Part shown: positions 14,210-27,107 of the stretch, in pieces
Layout: the number at the start of each line of letters is the position of its first letter
Position numbering within the stretch: the first letter of the stretch is position 1
DNA from: Octopus sinensis
Taxonomy: Eukaryota
Assembly (NCBI RefSeq): GCF_006345805.1
Contig: NC_043003.1
Location: 67,518,001-67,582,000 of the forward strand
Length of the DNA stretch: 64,000 bases
Reading direction: 5' to 3'
The notes under the pieces: model-generated
What the model saw: the letters and a program-made list of their open reading frames with translations, nothing else
What the model was told of the DNA's origin: nothing
Databases searched by the model: none
Position numbers and translations under genes: made by a program

Positions 14210-17084
14210 TGTCATGATATATTTGTATTTAGGGGAATACTTTTGTATTTTGGGTTCATATCACTTTAATTTCGATTTAGTTTTCTATTGGAATTTGATA
14301 CATTCATCGAGTGGAGATTATAACCAACGGCTTTGCCCATCTGGCATCAATCATGAATAGTGTGGGATGCTAGGTCCTGTGCAAAGTTTTGCTGCTATTC
14401 TCAGCCAAGAGACTGCACAGACGTCCAAATATGATATTTAACAACTGGAACTATATGTCTCGCAAAAAATTTCTTTAAGTTTCGTATAAAGATCCTAACT
14501 GAACAACGAGAGAAACCGTAACATTGCACATAATATATCTCGGGGGCCCAGTTGATAAAACTTTTTCCTTTAGTTATTGGAAAGCAGATAGCTGCTAGTT
14601 GACACTGAAACAGCCAACACATTTCATGAAATAATATTAACTGTCAATTATAGAAAACATGTATCGCACTGTCGACGTATTATACCGATTCTCGCAAATA
14701 CTATTTTGCATGATATAAATTTTATCATGAATCTATTGACACAATCCAGGTAATAAAAATTGTTTCGCAATGCTGTTAACATTAACGATACTCCCAACTA
14801 TAGGACTAATTTTCCCAATTATCTTCAAATAGTGACCCTCCTAATAACTTCCTTCTGAAGGCTGGTGAACTCATTTTTTTAAATACAAATTTCAGGTGAG
14901 CCAAAACTCTGTAGCGTGGGACAAGTATTGCTGTGAAACTTCTTATGTTTCATCGAATCGAAACTACCAAAATGATTCAATGTAGTAAGCATGTTAATTT
15001 GACGCATCCCACATCATTCAACCGTGTGTTATTTTTAGTCGCACTTACTCGAATGTATTCAACTACACCGCGCACAAAAATTTCTTCGTGGAAATTATTT
15101 GTACATACAACATTTGAAGTGATTTCCCACTCATTGGTGACCGTCTAAATTTGAAACCTATTTTAATTAATTGTTATTATATTATATTGTGAACTAGTGT
15201 TGCCTTGGGATGAGTGTTACATTCACGATCGAAAGTTCAGGGTTTCGATTCCTGGACTAGGTGGTGTGATTTCTGTTTCAATTCATGATGATCCAGTTCA
15301 TTCAGCTTCAAATGAGCAGCCCTGAGACAGGCTGCTGCCCCATTCAGTGGTGTATTGTGAGTTCAGTCATGTACACGTAACGAACACCAACCAAACCGGC
15401 TTATAAGTTCGACAACAGGAGACAATATGTCCAGGTTATTTATTACGCCATATCATTGATATCCTGATATACCTGTTTCATGTTAGCTGAAATAGAAACG
15501 TATCAGAAATATGCCAGATAATTTCAGTATAATCACACTACGAACTACTTAGGTGTGGATTGCAAATTTCAGAACTTCGTGTCATACGGCCACGTATCAT
15601 GAAAAAATAGAACTACTCAACACGTATCGTGTCACTTACAAAAGTGATAATGTCTCTGACACCGGCCATATTGATTAGGGCGTTGACTAAAAATCCAGCG
15701 ACAATTGATATGCAAAGTTTTTCAAGTTCTGCTTTTCTTATAAGATGAACTCCAGAATACTTGTCTTTCGTCAAAGTTGTGCATCATTCTCCTGAAATCC
15801 TCACGTTATTTGAGAAATAAAATAGATTTGAATTTGTGTTAGGAGAGGATTTGTGGTATATCTGAATAGTTTGTGGAAGAAATTGTGTGAGATTATGAAC
15901 AGTGGATGTATCACATCGAATTGGAATATGAAATGGAAATGTCAACAGTCACCTACTAGGAAATTTTCAAATCTGAAGAGAAGTTATGCTGACAGTGCTT
16001 CAGTGGTTTATTTTAGGACGGGACTTGATGGTTCGTGGGGACCAATTCGTTATTAGGATCTAACAGTAAACTGTTATCTTAATTGTAAGTTCCTTCGCTG
16101 CAAGGTGACGCCTGTACTTCCAAGCAAATGCCGACTACTCTAGAGACACGCTGTGGTAATGTAAGACAATTTTGCTCCCAAAATGTTACTCAACCCATTG
16201 AAATCCACTGAGAATTGAATTTCGAGAATTTGAAGGTTAGTTCATATAATTCTGCTCTTGCCATTATCATTCATTTCAGAGTCGCCTTCCGCAGCCTTCA
16301 ATTTATCGCAGATCAAGAACCGAAGACAGCATGTAGACTTCGTCATAATTTCGCTGAAAATATATATTACAAATAATGGGAATATATTGAAAACTGAGGG
16401 AGTGGTATATCAAGAATTATATACTTGTAATAATAAATATTAAAAAAAAAGTATTTTATATGGTGATGTCTCAACATGGCCACTAACTCTGGCTGAAATA
16501 AGTGAAGGTAAAAATAACACGAAAAATAGGTCACTGGTCATTATAGATTACGGAGCAAATGAAAGCAGAATTTTATCAACAACATCAAAAGCAAATGTTA
16601 CATCGCGATCGTCATTATCAATTGTATGATCAAGGAAAATACCATCACCTAATCATTAACTTTACATTGACAACAACAAAAGCAATATAAACAAAAGCAG
16701 TGAATAAAGCAAAATACAGCACGAATTTTTTTTTCAGGTATATACATTTATCGTAGTGAACAGAGAGAGACGACGATTAATGATGCACGTATAACTAATT
16801 TCCCGTCAATAGGAAAGATAATTACAAGTGCAATGCAGATAAAAGGATGACAACCCCCTTTCTTTTTATAACACAATTTAAAATATCAAATTATAATTCT
16901 GCGGCTGGAGAAAAGTTCCTACATTTTTGTTTGGATTGAATTTCCATCGCACTGATATGAAGTTTTACTTCAGGTACTAGAAATTTATCATACAATCATT
17001 CTATTTCTGTACATACATACACACACACGCATATATATAAATGAATGCCTTTAAGTGTGCGCGTGAGTGTTCATGCCTGTATAT

Positions 17085-17115
<31 letters not shown>

Positions 17116-17123
17116 ATATATAT

Positions 17124-17195
<72 letters not shown>

Positions 17196-17417
17196 TATAT
17201 GCACACACACGCACACACACACATATATGTAGCTAGGTACGCGTTTATGTATGTATGCATGTATGTGTATGGCAGCGGTGAAATGAAAATTTATTGAATT
17301 AGATATATTAGAGATGTACAGAATCCATTAAGAAGCGTACAATAATATTCACCAAAAGATTACATTCCTGGCTTTTAGCGTACTTGGCTACTCAACAGGC
17401 GCACTTCTGACAGCATA

Positions 17418-18008
17418 AATATACTTTTCTATTCGAGCAACAAGGCTCGCAATTTTGGGAGAGGTGGCAATTCGATGAGACCTATCACAGTACGGAACTG
17501 CTACATAACTTATCAAACACGAAAGAATGAAAAGCAAAGTCAACCTCGGCGGAATTTGAACTCAAAACATAATGACCGACGAAATACAGCTAGGCATCCC
17601 CCCCCCCCGGCTTGTTAACGTTTCTGCCATTTCGCCACTTTAAAATATTCTTTTCTACTAAGGATGAAAGGCAAAGTCCATATCGGCGGATTTTGAACTC
17701 AGAACATAAAGAAAGACAAAATACAGCTAAGAATTCCACCCGACGTGCTAACATTTCTGCCTTCTCCCCGCTTTAAAATATTCTTTTCTACTAAGGATGA
17801 AAGGCAAATTCAACCTCGGCAAAATTTGAACTCAGAACGTAAAGACAGACGAAATACAGCTAGGCATTTCAACCGGCGTGCTAACGTTTCTGCCATCTCG
17901 CCACTTTAAAATATTCTTTTCTACTAAGGATGAAAGGCAAAGTCGATTTCGGTGGAATTTGAACTCAGAACCTAAAGACAGACGAAATACAGCTAAGAAT
18001 TTCATCCC
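17418..18008 (-). repeat. Tandem array of SINE-A-derived 133-bp units
   Basis: Linker tttaaaatattcttttctactaagg recurs at 17639, 17772 and 17905. Confidence 0.8.
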
Positions 18009-18712
18009 CATTTTGTGGAATTTAACTTGGTCATATTTTAATATATTTTAGCTAAAGTTAGTAGGTTGAAGCTTGTGGAGTAAAGAGAATAGAGACTACT
18101 AATGCTCCAGAGATTTCTAATGTCCTTTACCATTTAATAGACATAATTCTTCTTGTAAATTTTAAATAAATATCCTTTAGATAGTTTTACCAAAGGATTC
18201 CGATAAATTTTAGTATCTTATATAGGGATAGAAAAATATAGAAATCATTTCAGCGTTAATCCGTGTCCTTGCTTTTGTCTTTAACGTGAATAGCCTGCAG
18301 CGTATATCTGTCAGAGCTTGCATAATCCAAATTTGTTCACCTGTCTAGTAGCTTCATTATTCCAAAAGTGGTAATACCCTTTACCTATTCTCATCATAAG
18401 GAATAGAAACTATAATTATTCGTTGCTTCCATCAAATGAAGTAGTAAGAGCCTATCATATGTCTAAATAAATAACAGAATTATGCATTCGTTCAAAATGA
18501 CAGCGAAAAGAAATTAATTTCATCTGCAACTTCAACTTCATTATTTATACATTAGACATTTCACATCTACCGAAAACAAATCAATGCTTCTATTGACTTG
18601 TTGAAAATAATGAAAACACTATTTACAAATTGATGTATTTATAAGTACATATTAATATCTTGACTCGAAACAAAGATTAAATTTAAAAAATCGATTACAC
18701 AGTCTCTCTCTT

Positions 18713-18758
<46 letters not shown>

Positions 18759-18764
18759 AGTATA

Positions 18765-18809
<45 letters not shown>

Positions 18810-18942
18810 CTAATGTTTCCATTTTAGTGGATGAATTTAAGGTAAAATTAAACGTTTTGGGACAATGTGTGTATATTTTTTCATGCGAGGTAGATGTACA
18901 GTTAAAGAATTTATTATGAAGAGAGTAAAATTTGTGTGTGTG

Positions 18943-18984
<42 letters not shown>

Positions 18985-20137
18985 GAGGTTGTTTATATTT
19001 ATAGGCGTAGTATATATGTGTGTGGGTGCGTGCGTGCATGTGTGTTTGTGTGTGTGTGAGTCTGCGTTTGTTTGTTCTTCACTGCTGCTTCAAAAGCTGT
19101 ATTGGTTTGCTTACGTCCCAGTAAATTAGCTGTTTCTCAAAAATCTCTGGTTTAATGACTACCAAGTGTACATAAAACGTATTGGGATGTATTCATTCAA
19201 CTAAAATTTCTCAAACCGGTGTCCCAGCATGACTACAGTTCAGTAACTGAGGTAAAAAACAAATAGGTGGGGAAAGAATAGAAAATGTAACTATAAAATT
19301 CATTTTTACGATTATATTAATATTTATGTAGTAAATGATTTTACAACTAAAGGATTAGTGTTATTGAATGGTGAAAACTTTTATCGACTTAAATATTAAA
19401 AGTCTTTTAAATTTACTCTTAAATAAATATCGCGCATAAGATATTGAACGAAGGGAAAACTAGAAGACAACGAGTAAAATGTTTCTGAAGCACTGATTAG
19501 ATGTTTACGTTATTTTTCAACAAGATAATGGTTTATTAGCACATTATTTTATGTAGATATTCGGTAAATATTACTGGTTATTTCTAGTGCCATGCACTCT
19601 AACTGACGTTTTTAAAAAAACTTAAGACTTTGCAATAAATATATAGAGAAAGCTTTTAAAAGAAACCTAACAAGTCTTCATGCATATTTCATCGCAACTT
19701 ATCAGTCAGACGGGCATCAACTCTTTTGGTAACATGAAAGTTTTCTTTTTATGTATCATTATTATCTATTTTTTCTTTTGAAATATTTAAGTATCGATTG
19801 TAGTTTGCTTCAAATTCCCTGCACAGAAAAACTAAGACTTAGCTGTACCAATTCTAAGGAAACACATTATTTGCTAAATATACACTACTGAATACCAAGA
19901 AGAATAGTAGAAACGAAAAATGAAAATAAACAAGAAATCTTCACGTAAGATACAGAGGTGAGCAGAACTAGCCTCAGGAACTTAGAGTATTGAGTCAAGA
20001 AAAAGGAAGAATTCTTTGAAAAACTAAATGAAAATTGCATTGTGTAGTCATATGTATGTGCTTGTATGAAACACACACACGCACATATATAAACGAGTGT
20101 GTTTACAATTTTATATAGATGCATATACACACATGGC

Positions 20138-20170
<33 letters not shown>

Positions 20171-20239
20171 GCACACACACACACATACACACACACACAC
20201 ATACACACACACGCAAATACACACACATATATATATATA

Positions 20240-20329
20240 CTTCTAATTGTTGTTTCTCTTGTCCGCCTTTGTATCGTCTATCTGTCCAAACTTTTTAATG
20301 TCCTCTACTGCGTTTTTGTTCCATTTATA

Positions 20330-20390
<61 letters not shown>

Positions 20391-21112
20391 GCGGCGTACT
20401 TACACCCTTGTTCTCACCTTATATCAGGTATGTATCTAAATTTTGGACGACTCTTACTATATCTTTTATTCTCCCCCGCTTTTTCTTCCTTTCTCTCGCT
20501 CCCATCTCTCACACTTCTTGGCCCTCTCTTTACCTCCCACTGTTTCCCACTCGTTTATCTCCCCTGCACTTTTCCCTTTCTCTCTAATGTTTTTGTAACC
20601 CTCCAACCTCCTCCTTCCATGTCACCGGTGTCCGGTCAACCATGATCTTTCTTTCTTGGCCTGATTCCCGACTGTCAACACGTCTAATGTCTCCATCTCC
20701 CATGTTCCTGCCTTTAGGGTTTCACTTCATACACGCCAGCTCAATTTGAATCGTTCTCAGTCGAACGACGCCTGTTGTTATTTCTTGTTGTATTCGTAAT
20801 TGTGTACCATGTTCTCCGTTTTTTTGTTTGTTTGTTTGCTTTTCTGCCTTTGTTGCCGTACACATTCGCTACCTTTCTTAAACGGGGTGTAACACTCTTA
20901 GCTTAGACATTTTTGGGGACAACCAGATCGAGTCATCTGAAGTGTAACTGTCCGCAATGGTCGTGACTTTTGATACTTTACTGTTGAAAGAAACTCAAGA
21001 TGGACCCGTCTTTTTCTACCTGTCCTTCTAATTGTTGTTTCTCTTGTCCGCCTTTGTGTCGTCTATCTGTTCGAACGTTTTAATGCCCTCTATTGCGTTT
21101 TTGCTCCATTTA

Positions 21113-21114
<2 letters not shown>
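20240..21114 (+). mobile_element. Partial-tandem Penelope-like terminal element
   Basis: About 90-bp direct repeats at 20240-20329 and 21025-21114. Body starts gcggcgt at 20391, then a pyrimidine tract and ttagcttag..ttttggggac, paralleling the 28353-32588 host element. Confidence 0.45.
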
Positions 21115-21156
<42 letters not shown>

Positions 21157-21158
<2 letters not shown>

Positions 21159-21278
21159 AAGCTTGCTTCCCACCCACATGGCTTCGGATTAGTCCCACTC
21201 CGTGCACTTTGATCAAGTGTCTTCTAATATAGCCTCGGACCGATCAAAGCTTTGTCGGTGGAAACTGAAAGAAACCTG
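21157..21278 (+). mobile_element. SINE-B fragment
   Basis: aagcttgcttccc..ccgatcaaagctttgt..ggaaactgaaagaa. Confidence 0.65.
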
Positions 21279-21280
21279 GG

Positions 21281-21336
<56 letters not shown>

Positions 21337-21480
21337 TCAAATATTGAGAATGTAATTTCCTTGGAAGGGATTTAAAAAAAATATCTGAATATCAGCTGGT
21401 GTTATCTAATATATTAAAAGTTCCACAATATATATGGATAAACTGTCATATAATGTGTAAAGTAATATCATATAAGAAAA

Positions 21481-21995
21481 TGAAGAAGAAATATAGTGGA
21501 TACTGTATTAATTTTATTTGTATTTGTATTATTTGTATTTGTATTACGATGAAAAAATGTAATTCATATAAGATTTGAGATTTAAAGGAACAGCATCAAC
21601 AAAAGACATAAAACTAAAAATAAACTCCTACATATGTTTCAATCCGACCAGTAAGTTCAGATCATCACCATTCGAATGATGTTAGATGTAAAATAACCCC
21701 GCATTATTTCCGGATATCATTTTGAAAATACGGTCATTATCTTACTTATTTCGTTGCTCACCACCAGAATGTAAACCTCTTCTCTGCTGTTATCCTTACA
21801 TAATATAGGGTTTGCATCTAACATTGCTTGAATGGTGATGATCTGAACCTACAAGACGGATTGAAACATATGTAGGATTATTTTATGTTTATGTCTTTCG
21901 TTGATTCTGTTCCTTTGAATCTGAAATCTTATATGTTTCACTTTTGTTCATCGTAATAATATTAACCAAGTATCCACTATATTTTTCTCCTCTTT

Positions 21996-21997
<2 letters not shown>
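21481..21997 (+). mobile_element. Older inverted-repeat Penelope-like remnant
   Basis: Arms 21481-21692 and 21811-21997 are inverted (roughly 85% identical by eye). Hammerhead-like tgatga...gaaacatatgta at 21836-21874 with palindromic ACATATGT. Ends in (TA)n. Confidence 0.55.
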
Positions 21998-22070
<73 letters not shown>

Positions 22071-22072
22071 AT

Positions 22073-22118
<46 letters not shown>
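22073..22118. repeat. (GATA)n microsatellite
   Basis: Direct reading. Confidence 0.95.
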
Positions 22119-22119
<1 letters not shown>

Positions 22120-22619
22120 CACACACACATATATGTATGTATGTATGTGTCTATATTTGTATATATATATATATATATATAAATGCTTATGAATTGTGTT
22201 GCAAGACTCGCTGATGTGAATATCTCTGTTGGAACAGAGATTTTGTTGTATTTCGGGATGGTCTTTTCATTTTCCCAAAAAGCACTCGCACAATATATAT
22301 ATTCTTCACACGTTTATTGCTATTCTTATTTTATGCCATGTCTATTGTCCAGAAAGATTTCGTCACACGTCAGTGCCCTCTTCAAAGACACTTTTCGTTT
22401 TCGTGTCTGGCACTTGCTCCACTTACTCTATTCTGGTCTTCTATAGTATGTATCCTTGTGTCCGTGTTTGTGTGTGTGTGTGTGTGTGTTTGCGTCTACG
22501 TAAGTGTATGTGTTATTGTTCTTAGTAAAAATATGGCATTCCCCTCAGTCCTATTTTCTCACCCTGTTGTGCTGCTGCTGTCTTAGGAGCCGAAAATTTG
22601 GTACAGTTCCTGTATCCCT

Positions 22620-23983
22620 CTGTGTTTGTGTGTTAGCCCACGGTATTACCATCGTGATAGTTGCTATTGTTGTTATTGTCGTCGTTGTTACCGCCGCAGC
22701 TGCTGCTGTTGTTAGTCGTACTGTTGATACTGTTGCGGCCGTCTGTGAAGTTATTTTGTGTTTGTTTGTGTATGTATATGGGTTCGCTTGTCATATTGTT
22801 TTTATCCATGCCGCTTATATCTATATTTATTCTTTTTTCATCAATCTCTGTTTCTTCTGTTTATCACAATTGCAAACTTACGGTATTGGAAATACACATA
22901 CAACACTTCATCCACCGTATGCAGTTCTACGGCTACAATCAAAGTTACAGGATTAGAGTGTACAAAGGAGCCATGACTAAGTACAAAGCCTTCATAGTGA
23001 GTGATGCTAAGGATCTGTCCGCTGTACAGGGGTAAAGTCTGGAACAGCCCATAAAGGACAGGAAATAAGATAGATAAATCCAACTCTTGGCATGACAACA
23101 AAATATAATAGAGCGTCGTGTTTATCAATGCAACCCCTGGAGGCAAACTAGCATACCTTTCTAGAAAAGCTTTAAGTAAGTCTAATCTACGGATTAAAGC
23201 AGTAGAGAGGTGTGGTGTTCCTATAAAATCCTTGATCTGTAGACCATATCCCTTTGCTAAGTCCCCACCTACGGAGAACAATTGTGTTCTATGTGGGATG
23301 AACCTGCAGATTGAATGTAAGGTTAGGAAAATAGTGTATAGCTTACGGTACACTGAGTGAGGGTACAGAAACATGACAACTACCTACATTGCATGGGCTG
23401 CACGCAGTATAGGAGAGCGCATAGGTGATTATTGGCGAGAGCTCAAAGACGAAAAAGGCTCGTCAGTGCTCTACCAAGATGCTCCATGCAGACCATGGGC
23501 ACACGATTAATAGCACACAGGTTAAAATATCGACGCATACAACTGACACGACACTTGGAAAAGATCACAGAGACTGTACACGTAGCAGTAGATAGACCAA
23601 GCCTCAAACACGAATGGAACAATAATACCCACCACCATACCACACGACATGACTAAAGATAGAAGAGAGGTGAAGAGAGAGGAAAAATATAATAATAAAT
23701 GAAACACAGATACAAACAGGATAATACACGCACAATAGACATAAATGCACGTTACATACAAAAAATAGCCTACGTTCCACATAAAAAAATAGATAGATAA
23801 ATAAAAATAAATAAATGTATTTGTCAGGTATCTGTGATAAATATCAGAAAAAGAAATAAATAAAAAAAAATGAATCTCTTTAAAGGGCATGGATACAAAC
23901 AACATACCCATATACACACACGATAACTTCACAGACGGCCGCAACAGTATCACCAATACGACTAACAACGACAACGAAATACA

Positions 23984-23995
<12 letters not shown>
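22620..23995 (+). mobile_element. Decayed Penelope-like element with GIY-YIG ORF end and inverted terminal copy
   Basis: Broken reading 22955-23656: VFINATPGGKLA..IKAVERCGVPIKSLICRPYPF..CVLC..CKVRKIVYSLR..YI..ARSIGERIG..ITETVHV..PSLKHEWNNN, typical of PLE C-termini. Inverted repeat 22708-22812 vs 23886-23969. Confidence 0.7.
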
Positions 23996-24048
<53 letters not shown>

Positions 24049-24096
24049 GTGAATTGAAGAAATGGAGCTGAACGCAGATTGAACAGAAATCGTTTT

Positions 24097-24188
24097 ATTT
24101 CATTCTACACGTGTTTCGAAAGGCACAATTTACCAAAATCCGATTGAATAATGGGACCATATTGTGTCTTTCTCTTCAGGAAGAAAAT
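24097..24188 (-). ncRNA. Type I hammerhead ribozyme, exact inverted copy
   Basis: Reverse complement of 24773-24864, lying in the left arm of the 217-bp inverted repeat. Confidence 0.8.
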
Positions 24189-24772
24189 AGGAAATCCGTT
24201 GGAAAAAACAAAAACAGAACAGAGGCGGAGCAAATCGAACTAGGCTCCTAAGAGCCTAGTTCGAGGGGGTAGAAAACATTTTTTGTGTACGTGTGTGCGT
24301 TTGATCGTTCGGCTGTCAGTGGCTACTGCAGTGAGAACCGTTGGGTGGCAGAAAAAAAAAATATATATATATATTATGTTTTATGTGTGTGTGTGTTCAT
24401 CTAAGCCTGCCTTGTCAAGGAAACCCCCCGTTGTGAAAAAACCAAGCCCCGTTTATCTTACAGGAGTAATTCCCCTTGCAGTGGTTAATCGTAGATATCT
24501 TAAAGGCTATTTCAGAATTAGTTACCAAGGGCTATGGGTGCCGGTATTATTTATAATCACTATTTAAAAGCCAGATAAGTGTAACGCCGCCAATGGGGGC
24601 ATCGAAAAGCCGACTGTAAAAGCCCGTTTACCATCCGGCCTCTGGCAAACAAAATATCGAAGAGTTCGGAGACACAAAGGTTGCACTGCTTTCTGCCCCC
24701 CATGGGCTCTTAGGAGCCTAGTTCGATTTGCTCCGCCTCTGTTCTGTTTTTGTTTTTTCCAACGGATTTCCT

Positions 24773-24864
24773 ATTTTCTTCCTGAAGAGAAAGACACAAT
24801 ATGGTCCCATTATTCAATCGGATTTTGGTAAATTGTGCCTTTCGAAACACGTGTAGAATGAAAT
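24773..24864 (+). ncRNA. Type I hammerhead ribozyme (Penelope-type)
   Basis: Core CUGAAGA 24782-24788. Helix II gaaagacacaat/attgtgcctttc. GAAA 24844-24847. Palindromic helix III ACACGUGU. Cleavage triplet GUA 24853-24855. Helix I attttcttc/gaatgaaat. Confidence 0.8.
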
Positions 24865-25067
24865 AAAACGATTTCTGTTCAATCTGCGTTCAGCTCCATT
24901 TCTTCAATTCACCAATAATATTTTAATTTCAATTATCCGCACCAACGCACGGTTGCAACACCATATGGTTGTACCTCCAACCGTGCTGTTTACTGCTGTG
25001 GTTTTTGCTACCAAGGTATCGGTTAAACTTTTGATTAATCTACTACAAGATTATTCATCTTTCTATT

Positions 25068-25098
<31 letters not shown>

Positions 25099-27107
25099 GG
25101 TCTGGGTATGTTGCCGTGCGTGTATTTGCGTGTGTACATGTAAGCAGAGGTAATCAGCATTGCCAGTAAACTCAATATGTTGAAACTTTCATTACGCGAA
25201 ACTTTTGCCATGCTTTTTGATCAGCACATATAAACTTATTCATATATATAGCTTATATTTTAAAGCTTGTGTCAACAGTTGAGTTTTCTAGCTTAGTTTG
25301 ATGTCGGAAATTTTGAAGTTTATTTATCAATAATTTACATTTTGTGTTTTCACAAATGTCGATACTAATGTTTCAGATTCTGTATTGCAATTTTCCACTC
25401 ATATGAAGAACATGAATTATTGATCTCCGTAAGAGTTCTCTAATGAACAACGCTTTCTTTTTTTGTTTGCACTTTGTGTTCCGCGGAAAATGTCCCTGCT
25501 AGACCTAACGCGGGGTTCCAGAACGATGAAACTCACACCCAGTGGACGTTGGATGTGTGGATTCAATCAGAAGAACACACGTGGGCGATACTTGTGATAT
25601 GGTAAAGTCATTAATGAAGCAGGGATTCTCTGGGAACTGAATGCACTTTAACACAAATGTTTTATGTGATGGGAGTGTGGTAATACGAGAATAAAACAAA
25701 ATCTTCTAGGCCCAATTTCTTGTGGTATTGGCTTCGGTCTTATGCACAGTTTTCGTGCATCCAAAATTTGTGGCAACATAATGGAGGTTCATACTCTCAC
25801 ATTCGGATTGTGAGGCTGGGAATATTTTGGTTCAAGAGATTTACGAAATTGTTTTAGCGCAAAGCTTAATGTCAGCTGCATTCTGAACATGAATTCATCG
25901 CTGAGATTGGGGTGGCATCTATTCTTACCTTGCCCATATTATCCAGCACAATATCATTTGGAAGTATGAATGCAATGTTCAAGAACTCATAAGATCATTA
26001 TTTCTAGAAACGTGTGTGTCACTAGAGTAGGATTTCTATTGAATTGCCGAGGTGTAGTGTTGATGTTTCGATATATTTATGATACACTGACTTACTAAAC
26101 ACATTGCCATTGTACAGCAAGCTATTACTCTCGACCTCAGAAAATGCTTAGAAACTAGGGTGCTGAGATTAATTTAAGATGTGTAATTTTCCTGATAGTA
26201 GAAACAAATAACTCGATCTCGTTTCCAAATATAGGATGTTTTGATGTCTTGCAGGTATATTATTTGCAAGGAATGAAAGTAGCCATTGTATGGTTCCACA
26301 TATGATGTTAGTGTTACATCAGATAGTTAATAGTTATGAAAGAAACCCTCCAATGCATATTGGTGACAATTGCATATCCATCATTTACACACAGGACTAG
26401 AGTTGTGCAATTTGGAGCCGGATCTGAAAACGCAATTTAGAAGGTCTGTCAACTGTGAGCAATTTTGTCGGATTCTATTATTAGGTTTCATAGAATACTC
26501 TTTGCCAAAATATTTCTATCGATATGGTTTTCCTTTTCTACCAGAGGCATCAAGAAAATGTATTCTTCTCGTGTCAGAAGTACTCTGATACCTGTATAAT
26601 TCGATTTCGTTTATGTATGACAAAGAGTGATTCATATTGTCGGTCAGATTGTAACGTGAATGCTATAAGGGACCCTTGCCTAATAAAACATTGCCGATTG
26701 AGAATTGGAGTTGCATACTATACAGTGCAATCCAATCCAGACAAGATCCCTTGCATCTACAGCAAAATGTGGGCGTTAGTCCTTTCTTCTAGAGTTCTTC
26801 ATACATTGTTTCTATCTTAATACCATAATGAATATTCTAAATTTGCGAACATTATTTCTCCTTTAACCGGGAGAATGGTAACACAACGTCTTTTAAAAAG
26901 CATTTTTCCAGTCTACATCTTGTTCCAACAGCTATCGCTCTTCTCGCATGATTACCAGTATCCGATCAAGACTCACCAAACAATTTTACTGTAAATATCA
27001 ATATTAAAGCCTTCTTACTAACTCTAGCATTATATCTAATAATATCAGGGACATCATAATTAACCAAGAATATATAGAGAGAGTATATATTAGTTTCAAA
27101 TTTTGAG

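Larger units (their letters stand above)
24040..24921 (+). mobile_element. Young non-coding Penelope-like element with inverted 5' terminal copy
   Basis: 24040-24256 is the exact reverse complement of 24705-24921 (217 bp), with a 448-bp spacer. Each arm has a hammerhead about 57 nt from its end. The left arm abuts (TA)n. Confidence 0.7.

Noticed and set aside
22211-22241. ctgatg followed by a 9-bp hairpin as another hammerhead
   Set aside because: No GAAA or cleavage triplet follows the stem.
22841-23374. 177-aa minus-strand ORF
   Set aside because: Antisense to the decayed Penelope GIY-YIG region, whose recognisable motifs are on the plus strand.
25503-25602. AG..GT-bounded open segment PNAGFQNDETHTQWTLDVWIQSEEHTWAILVI
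   Set aside because: Weak polypyrimidine tract, no recognisable homology and no compatible neighbouring exons.
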